A stretch of DNA of 64,000 bases, taken from contig NGBS01000019.1 in assembly GCA_002245135.1 (NCBI GenBank), forward strand, positions 1-64,000, read 5' to 3'. Shown one piece after another: positions 12,941 to 26,638 of the stretch. The stretch is from Proteromonas lacertae. Its lineage: Eukaryota. The translations under genes and the position numbers were made by a program. Within the stretch, counting starts at the first letter, position 1; each line of letters opens with the position of its first letter. Under the pieces are notes generated by a model. The model saw only the letters and a list, made by a program, of their open reading frames with translations. It was not told the DNA's origin and did no database searches.

Positions 12941-14168
12941 TTACTTCTTCTTGGATATTGGAATGTATTTTGTTCTATATTTCTTTATCATTCCCATCAA
13001 ATAAGCATTAATATTTTTAACACCAGCAAAATTCAATCTACTAAAATCATTAATCAATCTCTCTGATAGATTATTTGGTAAACTACATAAAGCAGTAAGT
13101 GACTTTTTATCAATATCATTTGCAGTAACAGATCCTTTAGCTTTATTCATTATATTCTGTAAAGTATCTGACATGATTTCTTCTGTTGTTTTATCTGCAT
13201 CATTCCTAATTTTCTTTATAGTTGTTTTCATTATATCTTTTGAGGTTTTACTTGTTAAACCTAAACTCTTTGGATCTAACGTTACATTAATCTGTCTATT
13301 ATTCAAAAAACTATGGTGTAATTTTGCAGTTTTCTCTTTCTGTGTAGCTGGAACGTGTAAAAAACAACATCCTTTAAATGAACCATCATTTTTATTCAAC
13401 ATTCTTATATCTTTTACTTCTATTCCATTTTTTTCAAAATGTTTTCGTATCTGATCTTCTTTACAATCATATGGTATTTGGCCAACAAAGAATGACTATT
13501 CTTATAATAAAAAAGTAATATTAATATACAACTTGTCTGTTATTTTTTATTATTTTTATATTCTGTTTTTTTAATTCTTTTGAATCTTCTTTCTTTGTTT
13601 CTTCTGAACCTGCTGCACTTGGATTTTCATCATTTATTTCTTCTTCTTCCTCTTTTTCTTTTGCTTTTTGATTGTTTTTATTCTTCTTATTCTTTTTTCT
13701 TTTCTTTTTTAAGTTGGTTGTTTCTGATAATTCTGCTGAATCGGATGGTAATTTTCTTTTCTTCTTCTCTGAATCTTCTGAATCAATTGGTGTCACTTCA
13801 GTATATACTGCTTGTTCTTCATCTTTTTTCTTTAAATCACCATTAATATGTTTCTTCTTTTTCTTTTGCTTATTTTTCTTCTTTTTTTGTGGATTTTCTG
13901 GATTTTCTGGTATATTCTTACCGTTTTCCATACTTATAGAATCATTATCTATTCCAGCTTTATTATTTACATTCATATTTTCTATATCATCTTTTGAATG
14001 TACAATTAAACTAGTATTCATATCATTAGACTTTATTAGTGGATTACCAGAAAGACTTTGTGAATCTGGTTTGCATAACGGTTTATTACTATCTGTGTTA
14101 CTATTTATCTCTGACTCTTTGATTACAACATTAGAAAATAAGTAAAAATCATCATCATTATCATCCAT
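12941..14168 (-). CDS. Lys-rich nucleolar-type RRM protein (Nop6-like RRM) with C-terminal hnRNP Q/R acidic (NURR)-like domain
   Basis: Intron 13496-13529 joins the two ORFs. RNP2 FFVGQIPYD, RNP1 KGCCFLHV, and KLHHSFLNNRQINV are present, followed by C-terminal DIDKKSLTAL...VKNINAYLMGMIKKYR. Confidence 0.75.
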
Positions 14169-14234
14169 TTTATTGTTTCAAAATTTTATTCGTTTTTATA
14201 GTTTCAAATTTCACTCGTTTTGGTCTAAATACAA

Positions 14235-14983
14235 ATGCCAGCAAGTAAATATGTTAAGAAGTGGACTCCAGAGGAAGATGCGAAAATGAAAGAACTAGTT
14301 AAAATACATGGTTTGAAGAAATGGTGTACGATTGCTGAAAGCTTACCTGGTAGAACTGGAAAACAATGCAGAGAAAGGTATATTATTTGTGCATTATTTT
14401 AGATGGCACAATCAACTTGATCCGTTTATCAAAAGAGGTCCATGGTCTGCAGAAGAAGAAGAGACGTTTAGAAAAGCATTTCTAAAATATGGTAATTGTT
14501 GGGCAAAAATAGCAAGAGAATTACCTGGTAGGACAGATAATGCTGTTAAAAATCATTACAATAGTACAATGAGGAGGCTATCTCGTTTAAATGACTCATC
14601 GGAATATTTGCATGATGATTTAGAGCCGTTATCAGGAGATGAAGAAATATGTGCTGAAACTCCAATTAATGAACCCAAATACGGAAATGAAGATGAAGAA
14701 GATATACCTGTATATATAGATAATATTATTTGTTTATATAGATTCCTTCAGATCCAATGAAAGTTCAATTACATCTGAGTTTGTTGGGAAATTTATTATG
14801 CACATTACCTGTATTTGACACACAAGATTCTAATGTTCCATCAACAATACATTCTTCAGAGACGACACCAAAAGGTATTTATTCATTCAATTTATAATTC
14901 TCATAGAATTTAAACTATTATCACTTAATTCCTCAGCATCTACATCAGTTCCATCATTTCCTGCCTCTGGTTTGTCAAATTAG
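14235..14983 (+). CDS. R2R3-Myb transcription factor
   Basis: [51 protein letters not shown]; introns at 14378-14402, 14710-14741 and ~14875-14906. Confidence 0.92.
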
Positions 14984-15253
14984 AATAATGAATAAGTTAT
15001 ATAATATTATGTAAATATCTCTCTCTATTTATGAAAAATTTGTTTTGTTGGAATATAAGCTTCAATATATATATATATATATATTCCTATTAAAAGATAA
15101 TTTCTCGTAATAATTTCTTTTATAAACTGTGTGGAATAACATGTATAGTTACAAAATGAGAGTGTTTATTTCATATATTATGATAAACTTAACACATTCA
15201 TTTTCATTTTATTCAAGGATAAACAACAAAATATATATTCAATGGTTAATTAA

Positions 15254-18200
15254 TTAACTATCATCTGGTATATGAGTTGGATTTCCCCAACCTGCCGTAG
15301 GTTTAGGATGAAATCTCTTTTCTACTATTTTATAATGATCTACTAATTTATCATTCTGTTCTTCTTCATCATCCAAGTAAAATGCAGGAGGAATGGATAT
15401 CATACTCTTGTACTTTTCATCATTTAGATTAGGTTCTGGTTCACTTAATAAATACTGTTCAAATTGATTAGACTGAATAATAGGTTCATAAGCAGTCAAA
15501 ACATATTGTCTTTGATCAGAATAAATATCATCTTCATCTCCTTCTTTCGAATTATTGTATAGATTCTCACATCTGATTCTCTTCTTATTCAGATATTTGG
15601 ATTTATCACCTTCAATATCTAATCCAATTGGATTTGGTAGTTTTGAACTTTCTAATTCATCATATTTCATAATACCTTTCGCTCTACTACTCAATTCTAT
15701 AACTGTTACATTTCCTTCAATCTTTATTCTATGGCATATTTCTGTAGATGATATCAATAAATAGGATGTAAATTTACCAATAAATTCAGTTGCAGTTGGA
15801 CTTTGGTAATATACTGTTACTTTTTTTCTTTCTTCTGGACTTAATGACATTTCATTTGGTAAAACTCTCATTAGAATCTCTCCATTACTTTCAATTGCTA
15901 AATCTAATTGATTGTAATGAATTTTCCCTGTATTTGTTAAGTATAAAGAATAGTGATAAATTAATCCCTTTGGAATATCACCTATATTTACACTCACTGG
16001 ATGAACTAATTCTGGCAATGCGCCAATTCCACAAATTGATATATCAGAATGTTTTCTATTGGTTAAGAATTGAATTGTTCCATTATATTCAGCTGCTTCT
16101 GTTGGATTAAATTCAATAGGTACTATTTTAGAGAAAATAATAAAATAATATTATATATACTAATTTGTTTTGAATAACTTTGTATTTCTCCTTCTGTATC
16201 TTTAATATAATAACCAACTGGAGCAGAAGTTAACTAAAACAAATATAATTATCTTAACATATATATATATACTTTATATTGAATTGGTACATGACTTTTA
16301 TTACACACAACAAGATTCTTAACATATTCTAATCCAACACAGCAACATCCAAAATCGATTATCTGATTTGGTATTTTATACTCTGGTGTTTCACAAACTC
16401 CTTTTATGATTGTTTCATATTTACCAAAATTTGATTCATATTTGATTGAATTCCTTAATCTTCCACTGACTTTAGGACACCAGGTAATAAAGAAGGTGAC
16501 AGTTTCATTTGCACTAATTGTTGCATTGATTGGAATGATCTAATCAAATAATATAAACATTAAACAATAGATATTATTAATACATTTATTGAAACTGGTG
16601 GATTAACAACCAAATGAATAGGGTATGAACCATAATTCTTTATATGAATTGTTCTTCTTTGTGTTACACCAATTGGACAAATTCCAAAATCCAATAACTT
16701 GAACTCTCTATAAATAATATATATTACATAACAATAACAACATACTCTTCATGTAATTCTGCAGTTTGACAAGATCCTTTAATTTGAATTTTTAACAAAT
16801 CAGATTTGACAGAATGTTTTATTATTAATGAATCATCAAAATCACATACTTTCAAAGGATGAAACAATATGTGAACCTGTTATATATTAGCATAATAATA
16901 TATATTCTATACAGCTTGGGTTTTTCCTGATTCTAAATTGAATTTAATTGGTCTAATTACATAAGGTACTGATGAGTTTGGTGAGTTGATAGATACTGAA
17001 GTTTCTGAACTTCCTTCATTCTTTATATAAAATTTCTTTGTTGATGATTTGTTAAGTTGTAATATACCAAAATCAATTGTTTGAAGTGATGTAGTTAATA
17101 TGGCAGATCCCATTTCGTATCTTATTTCCACTTCATTTTTAGTAAACTGAGATTTCATTACTATTGATGTAAGTCCATTTTCAATTGTTTTAGGAATCTA
17201 TATTCATTAAAAAATCTATTTCATTATTATTAAATACAACAAACAAAAAAAAGATATGAGAGAGATTTCTATTTCCTTAGAAGAAAATGGTTCTAATGTA
17301 AAAACAGGTTCACGTATTACAAAGCCTAATTTTTCAGCATTTAGTATTGTACATGTCATAGGCAGAGACATATCACAAGCATTAACTAATGTAAAAGAAT
17401 CAGAATATTCATTTCCTATCAGAGTAGAATTGAAATGAAGAAAACTCACAGTTGTTTGAACAATTGCTTGTCTTCCCATTCCTTTCAAATATATAATTTT
17501 AGTAGATCCATCTATTTGGTATATAATCTTTGATTCATATTCAGCTTCTTCTATTGGAGTAAAATCTACATGTAGTTCTAAAGAATCTCCTGGTTGTAAT
17601 ACTTGGTGGTTGAATAATGGCCATTCTTCATTCTCTGCAAATGCTCTACTTTTCTGTAATGAGAATGATGTAACATTGGAGATTGCTGTTCCTACATTCT
17701 TTATTACTACACTTTGAGTCAACTATATCATATATATTATAACAATATACTTTAAATCCAATTAAACACTTTCCATAATCAATTACATTATTGTATGGAA
17801 ATTCTATTTTGGGAATACCTCCACCTGCATAACTATCAGAAACGATATAAATCTACAAAAATATACAACGGTATTCTTAATGGTTCTGTACAAGATGTAA
17901 TAAACTTTACAGGATGTCTTTGTATACCAAACAAATGTGAATTATATGTAAATTCAACAGCCACTTTTGTTCCTGGAAATAATGTTCCTTTATTTGGATG
18001 AATCTACACAAAATGAGAAGATGAATATACTGTTAATCCTTCATTATCTGATATAATATTATAATCTGTAGGAATTCCACCTCTATTAGTAAATGATCTT
18101 AGTATTTTTGAAGATTCTCCAATTCTAATTCTTCCAAAGAATAATGGTGATGGATCATTTATAATAATCTGCACATCATGAGGAATTGCTGTTAATGGAA

Positions 18201-21200
18201 TTTCATACTCTGGTACACCTGGAAGAGATGATTCAATAACCAATGTCTATACGTATAATATTCAATAATAATGATAATACTGCTGAAAATGGTTCAGTAT
18301 TTGGCAAACATATATTAATAGTCACTTCTTGTTTGATTTTCTTTGATATGATGAAATTTGCTGGAGATACTTTAATATGAGGTTTCTATAATATATATTA
18401 ATATTAAATACATCTGTTTCAATTACTGGAATATTACTAATTGCTTTCTTTTTTAATCTTCTGTATTTATTCTCTGATTGATTCTTAAATTTCTGTATTA
18501 TATCATTGATATTCTTTGATGTTATATCACCTTCATTATATAATTCTTGAATTAGCTCTTTTGTCTCAGAATCATCAGTTGCTTGAGCTTTACGAGTTGA
18601 TTGTTTTACTGATTTGATTAATGCTTGTTTTCTTTCAGTATTCTCTTTCCTTTCTTCTAATATTTGTTCTAATACAATGTATATTGCCCATTTCCACAAT
18701 TTTCGTAATGATCTTCTCGTTTTTCCTCCTTTTAATGGAACTATAGAAGATATATTATCAATATACAGTAAGGTAAATGTTTACTATTTTCCGATTTATA
18801 ATTATCATTATTTATTCTCCAGTATATTTTTATACCTGTTGGAATTGGATCAAGGTTATAAACAGTTATTTTTTTCGTATATCTATTATCATTAATATAT
18901 ATACTTATATATACATGTAATGTTGAGATATATCACCAAATTCCAAATCACCTAAATGTCTCAATCTTACTGATCCTGATCTTGCTTTCAAATATGTAAT
19001 TATTTGCTGTCCATTTTCAGATTGAAATGATATTGTTGCAGGATAACTATTTATATAATAATAATAATAATATACAATTTAGTACTAGGAACACAAACTA
19101 TTACTCTCACACATACAAATGACAATGGTGGTAATAATAAAGAATCAACACTTTGAATATCATGTGAATATTTCATTTTCAATAATTTATCTCTTTGATT
19201 GATATCTGTTAATAAATATGGTCTTTCTACTATTCCTATCTTATAATAAGGCGAATTGCATGTTACTGTCATCTTTGCTTCTACTGTTCCTGAGTTCTTT
19301 AAGAAGAACCTCTTTTCTATTGATGAATTTGCAGCTATCAATTCAAAATCTAAACCATTCAATATTTTATCTCTTTCATTAATATATTCAGCTTCTAATT
19401 TTGTCAAACCACCAAATGTAACGTAAGTATAAGATAATTCATATTTTTGATTATAAGAAACAGTAAAACAACACTTTATAACTTCTAATGTAATTGGCCT
19501 TATAGAAATCTATTATATAAAATATAGTAATATAAATACAGTAATTATCATTTCAGTTTTAGGAGGTAGATATCCTTCACGCGGAGATATTTCCATAACA
19601 TTATCAAGAATCTTTGTTATATTAAATGATGTTGCTATTGAAGAAACATTTCTTATTATTATATCAAATGTTTTAGTAGTAAATATTGGAATTGGACCGA
19701 GTTCAATGTCTGAGTGAGGTAATTCTTCTTTATATTTGTTATATACCATTAATTCAGGATTTACACCACAACCTTTTATGTAAAATTGATGGATTCCTCC
19801 AATATATCGTATATTCAATGGGATATTGTATTGCTTATCTTCATTCTTTGGAGTGAAGCTGACAAGTAGTGTATCAGATTGATGATAATCAATATGACAA
19901 TTGGACTGTATCTCAAATCCTACTTCTTTCATCTTCTGATACATAGATTTATTTGAATCACTATTTTCTCCTAAAAATTCATCAGATGGTTCTGGTAGTA
20001 TCTCGTAATCATAACTATAATACGTATAATGAATAAAAATACTCTAAAAAGCAAGGATTGGTGATTTTTACTTTTTGTGTAAATTTACCTCCAATCGGTA
20101 ATTTACCAAAATCAATTACATTCAATAAATTGTCAAAACTCATTCTAGGAATGCAGCTATAACCCCACACATCAAATCTCAATTCTTTAAACCTAAATAA
20201 ATGGAATTATATATTGAAATAGTATACTTGTTTTTAATTACCATTAATGCTTGAGTTTGAACATTATCTTCTGTTGGACGATAAGTTAATATAATTTGAG
20301 TCTATATGGATATGAAAATAATCAAATAATAACATACTTTTTGTCCTTGCTCCATATTGCCTATTTTAGGTGTCACTTCAAGAATTGAAGTTGGAACTTG
20401 CTCCATTATATTCAAATCATACTTTAAAAACGAAATTTTTCTACTTGGCTTCTCATCTTCAAATTTGTAGTTATTTATCTTTGTCAATCTCTTTAGTTTA
20501 TGAATATTGTGTTTTAATTGTTTTGCATATTGTAATGAATTCATATCTCCTTTATTTATCTTGAATATATTATATTTATCCTTATTCAATGCTTCTTCTG
20601 TTGATAATGGTTGATATATTTCTATTGTGTAATCTAAATCAATATTTCCTCCATTCTCAATTGATATAACCTTCGTATATTCATCATTTGTTGCACAAAT
20701 ACCAAAACTTATTCCTTCTTTTACTACATATGATGGTGTAATCTTCAAATCAGGAATACCAACAGTACCAATACACTGTAATTCTTCAATAACATTATCA
20801 GTTCCAACCACCATTATTCCAATCTTTTCATTAATTGGATCAATTGTTAAAGGCCTAAAACAACATTCAATCTATTTAAAATAGTATAAATATATTGCAA
20901 TATAATCATACAGTTAGTGAAGAATGTTCTTGAATAACTGGATTTTCAGGAGTAAAAGTAATGAATTGGTTATTGTTTATAAACTTCAATGAAGCTTCAG
21001 CTGTTCCAGAATTAGAACTAATAAGTATAAAAGAAACAATTATATATATACATTTCAAATGAAACAAGATTATTACTACCTAATACAGCTTTACCAAAAT
21101 CAATTATCTTATTTGGTATTTTCAACTGATATTCTCCACCTCTTCCATCACAATTTATAACCAGTGGAATTTGATTTGAATAACTCCAACAGATATTAAT

Positions 21201-24200
21201 CTTACAATTACTCTACAAAACATTATATACAAAAGTTAATATACTGTGGATGTGTCTCTTGGAGTAAATATAATATCAACTAGTAAATCTTTCTTTGGTA
21301 ATATTGTAGCTTTTAGTGGTGAAACAGTATATAGTGAATTATCTGATTTAAATGTAATTGTATCTTTTAATTCACCTATATTATGAAGTATAACTCTTAT
21401 CTTCTTTTGCATGTTGATTTGTACTGAACCAAAACTTAAACTATATTCACTATTTATTATAAGATAGAAATGATTATTATTATTATTATACTATTGATCT
21501 TTTGAATTATCAGAATCATAAATTGTTATAAATGGAGAATGACAAATATATGATAAATCCAAAAAACCATGACTTATACTGTGTGTTTCATCACCAGTGA
21601 ATAATTGAATTCTGTATTTCATTTCATAACCAGGTACTAATGGAAATGCATTTATATTGATCATTTGAGAATTATTTCCACTTAAACTACCATATTCTGG
21701 TGATAGAATAATATTCTTTCCTTTCTTTATTGGAGGTTGTATTAATTGACTTTCTCTTAAGTAAAAAATAGAATTAAGATTATACTAAAAATAATCATTC
21801 AATCATACACATAAAAAAAAAGATATAGAATTACTCTCAATTTCATCAATTTTAATAAACCATTCTAACTTCAGATCAGTTGAATTTTTGAATGAGATTT
21901 TATCTGTCACTACACTTCCTAATTCAATAATACCAAAATCCAATTCTCTATATAAATAAATAATAATGACAATACGATTTAGAAAATTGTATTGATGGTA
22001 AGAAAGTAACACAAAATGGAAATGAGAATGACTTTTCATTTGAATGAGATTTAGTATTTAATGTATATATATTTATCACTCCATCTTTTTTACCTGATAT
22101 TCCTTGCTGAAATTCAATATTCAAAGTGATTTGTTGACCTGAATTTAACAATAAACTATATACCATTATATATAGAACAGAGCAATTATACTTAGTTTTT
22201 TTCTTTAATCCTTTATTCTTATTCTCCAATTTCTCTTCTCTTGTAACTGGAACATATTGATCATAATCCTATAAACATCAATTACAATACTAATATATAC
22301 AACCACTAATTGAGATGAATCCTCAAACAATTTCTTTGCATTAAATTTTGATTCATTTATTTCATAATCTCTATGATCTGTATGTTGACATATTGTTGTA
22401 TTTATTAAATTACCTTCACTAGTTATATCAGCGATTGATACTGGTAAACTACCATTGTTTGTAAGAACAAATGATATTTCGGTGTTTAGATTGTCATTAT
22501 AACTGAAAACTCCAAAATCTATTAAGTTTGGATGTGTTGGATCAGCTTGAAGCGGAAGACCATAATTTGATATTATTGACTAAATGATAAATAATATATA
22601 TACTTCATATCCTGCAAAACCATACAATCTTATCGCATATGTCTGATTGAGTGTTGTTAAAAACAATGTATCACAGTAAGTCTTTGATTCAGTTGGTGTA
22701 AATGTTATACTCAGTGTCTTATCATATGCTTCATTCTTTTCACCTTTATCTGCTTCCAGAACACTCACTGAAGATTCAAAATTAGGAGGAAATGAGATTG
22801 CAGTATATGGAAAATAATTACTTTCTGATGTAATACGAATAGCTTTTGTACAGGAAGAATCAATAGAAACTGAATCAAAATCAATAATAGGAGAAGAGAA
22901 ATTCAATATATAACTACTTACTTGACAAGTTACTATTCCATCAAATAATACAAAATCAAACTTCCTTGTCAGATCATTTATAGTCATTTCAATATTGAAA
23001 TGAACACTTAAATTCGCTTCATAAAAGCCAGGTTCTTTATGATTGAAAAACAAAGGAATTTGAACTGATTGAAATGCTTTAATCTCAGTAGATATTAACT
23101 GTTCATTTTCATTAAATGAAAAATGATCATTTCCTTCAACATGAAGATTCAAAACACCTGTTGAATCAGTTAATGATGTTAATGATATTACACTATTCAC
23201 ATCTAAAGATGGAATTGATTTTGGCATTTCAAATTTTTCACCTAAATTACTTATTACTAACATATTATCATAACCTTTAAAGTTGTATATATCATTTAAA
23301 ACACTATAATCATCTAACACTGCTATATAACCTCTATGAATTACAGTATTCTTTGCTTTTGGATTAATTGTTACTTCAACTTCTAAGATTTGTTTAGGAG
23401 TAAGTTTACCTGTTGTATCTATGTTAATTTGATATGGTGGTGTTACTATAAGATGATATATATTGTCTATAGTTGATAGATTTCTTAATGTTAATAGTAT
23501 TTTCACTGGTTCATCTGAGTTTTTTCTAAATAAATTACCAAATTTGTGTTTTATAGCTAATGATTGAGTTGGTAATGGATCTGGAAGTGGATCAATTTGA
23601 TGTTGAATTAAAGTATCTAAATATTAATATTAGTAAGTATATATATATATATATATATATATACCTTCTTTCTCTTCTTCTTCTTCTTCCTTGTTGATAT
23701 TCTCTATCCATGAATTGATGCATTTATAATATAATAAACTCTCCTGAATTGTGTTATCTTGCTGTTCTGATATATTGGATATATATTTATAATCTGAAGT
23801 GCATAATCCATGAATCTTATATGTATCAAATCTTACCTTTGGTGATATACTTTCCAAAATTATTTCTGTATCAAAAAATCCAAGTTCTTTTGGAGCAAAT
23901 AGAATATTACAATATATTATTGAGTTTTCATTTACTGTAACATATCCACCTTTACTCATTGTTAAACTATTAGTAATAGAGAAACATTTAATGATTATAC
24001 TTGGATTCAAATTGAGTAATTCCATCTTTGTTAGTAAACTCAATTTTACATGAAAAAGTCTCTGAATTTGATAATAAAACATGAAAATCTATTGGTTGAT
24101 CTGATGTATTGATAATAGGTAATGGAATAGTTGTTTTATTATTTGGAGATACAGGAGAACAATAAATATCACTATTATAAGGTATTGTTAATATAGAACC

Positions 24201-26460
24201 AATATAACAATGTAAAGTGATTGGTTGAATATGTGAATTGACTGTTGAAATATACAATGTTGATGAAAACAATCCAATATTCTTTGGTTTTATACGAATC
24301 TATTTATTACATGAATAGTTGATTAGTTATACATTTATTTTGATTGATTGTCCTATTGGAACTAGTGTATTCTCTACTTCCACTTCATCTTCATGACTTC
24401 TTTGGAATATTATTGGTAGATCTCTACTACTTGTACAATTCTTTATTGTCAATACTCTTTCACTATATTCACCAAGTTTAACAGATGGGAAGTTTATATC
24501 TGTTAAATCAGTCTAAATGTATAATAACAATTATTATTATTATTATTATACTTCAAATAATATATCTGACTTTCCTCTTACAGGAATAGAATAAGATTCT
24601 CCTCCTACTGCATGGATATAGAATGTTGTTGAATATTTCCCAATTTCTTTAGGTGAAAAAGTAATCTAAAGTAATTTAATTATTTCTTATTATTATTATT
24701 ATACATTTATATTCTTAAAACTGTTAGGGGGCATTTTTATTGTTGTTTGATTGATTGAAAATATTTCTGATAAATTTGTCAGATTGTCTAATGAGAGTTG
24801 AACTGTTGTCTCTGATAATGATATATTCTGCAATAACAATGTCTAACAGTAATAAATAACAAAGAGTTCAATACATAGGTAGATGTTTCATTTGGTGGAA
24901 CTTCTTCAAATTCAACTGATTTATCACGAATCTATTAATAATATATAAACATAATTATAATAAATACATATAAATATGGTATATTATCTCCAATCAACAA
25001 CAACTTTTGAAGTGAAAAACCTTCGCTTGATCTAACTCTTAAATAACCTTCAATTCTTTTAGATGAACAAAATAAACAAGATGTCGATGGTTTAAATGTA
25101 ATATCAATACTAACTGAATCATGAGGCTTTATATTACCATAAGATGGATAAATTGAAAAGAATAATGATGGATGAACTTGTAGAAAGAATAGATATGTTT
25201 TATCTTTCGATTTATTACACAAATACACTGTCTGTTTCAGTATTCCATGAGGAAATTCAATTATACCACTCTCTGATCGTATATATACAATATCTTCAGG
25301 TGGAAACAATGATGTATAACAGTGACTGTCTATTTCATTCAATATTGTTGATAATATTTCTCTGTGACTTATTGGTATATAATTGCCTAAATATAAAAGT
25401 AATAAACTATATTAATATGTATATATATATACTATAATCATCTATTTTCTTTTGAATCCAATTGTTTCTCAATTTACTATATCCAATTAACTTGATATTT
25501 GGCTGATTCTCATATAATTTCAATATATATTTATCATTTGGTAATACAAACCATTTTGATTGAAATAATCCAACAGATTTTTCTAAATCTAAAATACTAT
25601 TGCTTGAATGTTTACTAATACGATATGAATTGATATTAAATGATAATTCACGAATTAATTTATCATATTTCAATATAATAGAACGATTATAGATTGTATG
25701 TTTATAATTTTCTGTTAATGAATTGAATAAAGCAATCTATAAATAAAACAATTGATAGTAATAAAAATACTTGAATGAAATATATCCTTGTTGAAGATCC
25801 TTCTCCTTCTATTAGCTTTAGACTTTGTTGAAACGAATAACTTATGATTAATTCAATAATTTTTAAAACATATTCTTTTTCTTTTGGATAGTAATACAAA
25901 AGTGATTCTAAATATGAGCCAATTAAAGATATTGTTCTTATTTTACCATGAAAATATGTAAGTGGAGTAAATGCTCTGCTATATTGTATTGGAACAGATA
26001 AATCTAGTATCTGAGTATCATCCTTAACATAATCTGGAGCGAAATACAATTTCAAAAGATTAAGATAAAACTATTATATAAAATAAAATATATTTATAAT
26101 ATATACTGAACATAGAGACTTTTCAAATTTGGTACTTTTAACAGATAATGAGTTTAAACAATAAATTAAGACCAAAGAAGCATGATATCTAATATTTTCT
26201 CCTTCATCATTTTTCATCATATTGAATAACTGGTTTAAGAATGATAGTTTAGTAGGTGGATCCCTATATCATATAAACTGTATTTGATACTGCAGAAAAC
26301 TGGATCTCATTTTTTCATTCATTAGTAATCGGTCAATTGTAAGATATCTAACAGCTAATTCATCTGAACATAAAGAACTTAGAATATCTGAGGGATTATA
26401 TCTTGTAATAGATCTGTTAAGGTTTAATCTTATTTTATTGGCTAAATTTCGATTGCTCAT
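15254..26460 (-). CDS. Giant multi-exon protein of tandem ASH (ASPM-SPD-2-Hydin)/PapD-like Ig-fold repeats (Hydin/CFAP47/CFAP65/DLEC1-like)
   Basis: Many exons carry the recurring pattern (I/L)DFG...(I/L)xNxG...P..G.(I/L).P....I.V.F.P, e.g. IDFGILQLNKSSTKKFYIKNEG, LFFGRIRIGESSKILRSFTNRG, ISFGICATNDEYTKVISIENGG. All lie on one strand, separated by short GT..AG introns. A single-gene model is assumed. Confidence 0.7.
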
Positions 26461-26638
26461 AATAAATGTAACTCTATATTACTCTCTTTTTCGATTTTTA
26501 AAAAACAGTTTAAACAAATCAGAATCAAGCCTGATATAATGTTTTTTTTTCTTATAACTTCGTGTTGGTGTGATAATAACAATAATTATGTTTTATAAAA
26601 AAAAAAGAATTATTAAATTAATTTATTATCTTTGAATT

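Noticed and set aside
13580..14145. Plus-strand hydrophobic ORFs, and similar short antisense ORFs across the window
   Set aside because: They overlap well-supported K/E-rich genes on the opposite strand and have no independent motifs.
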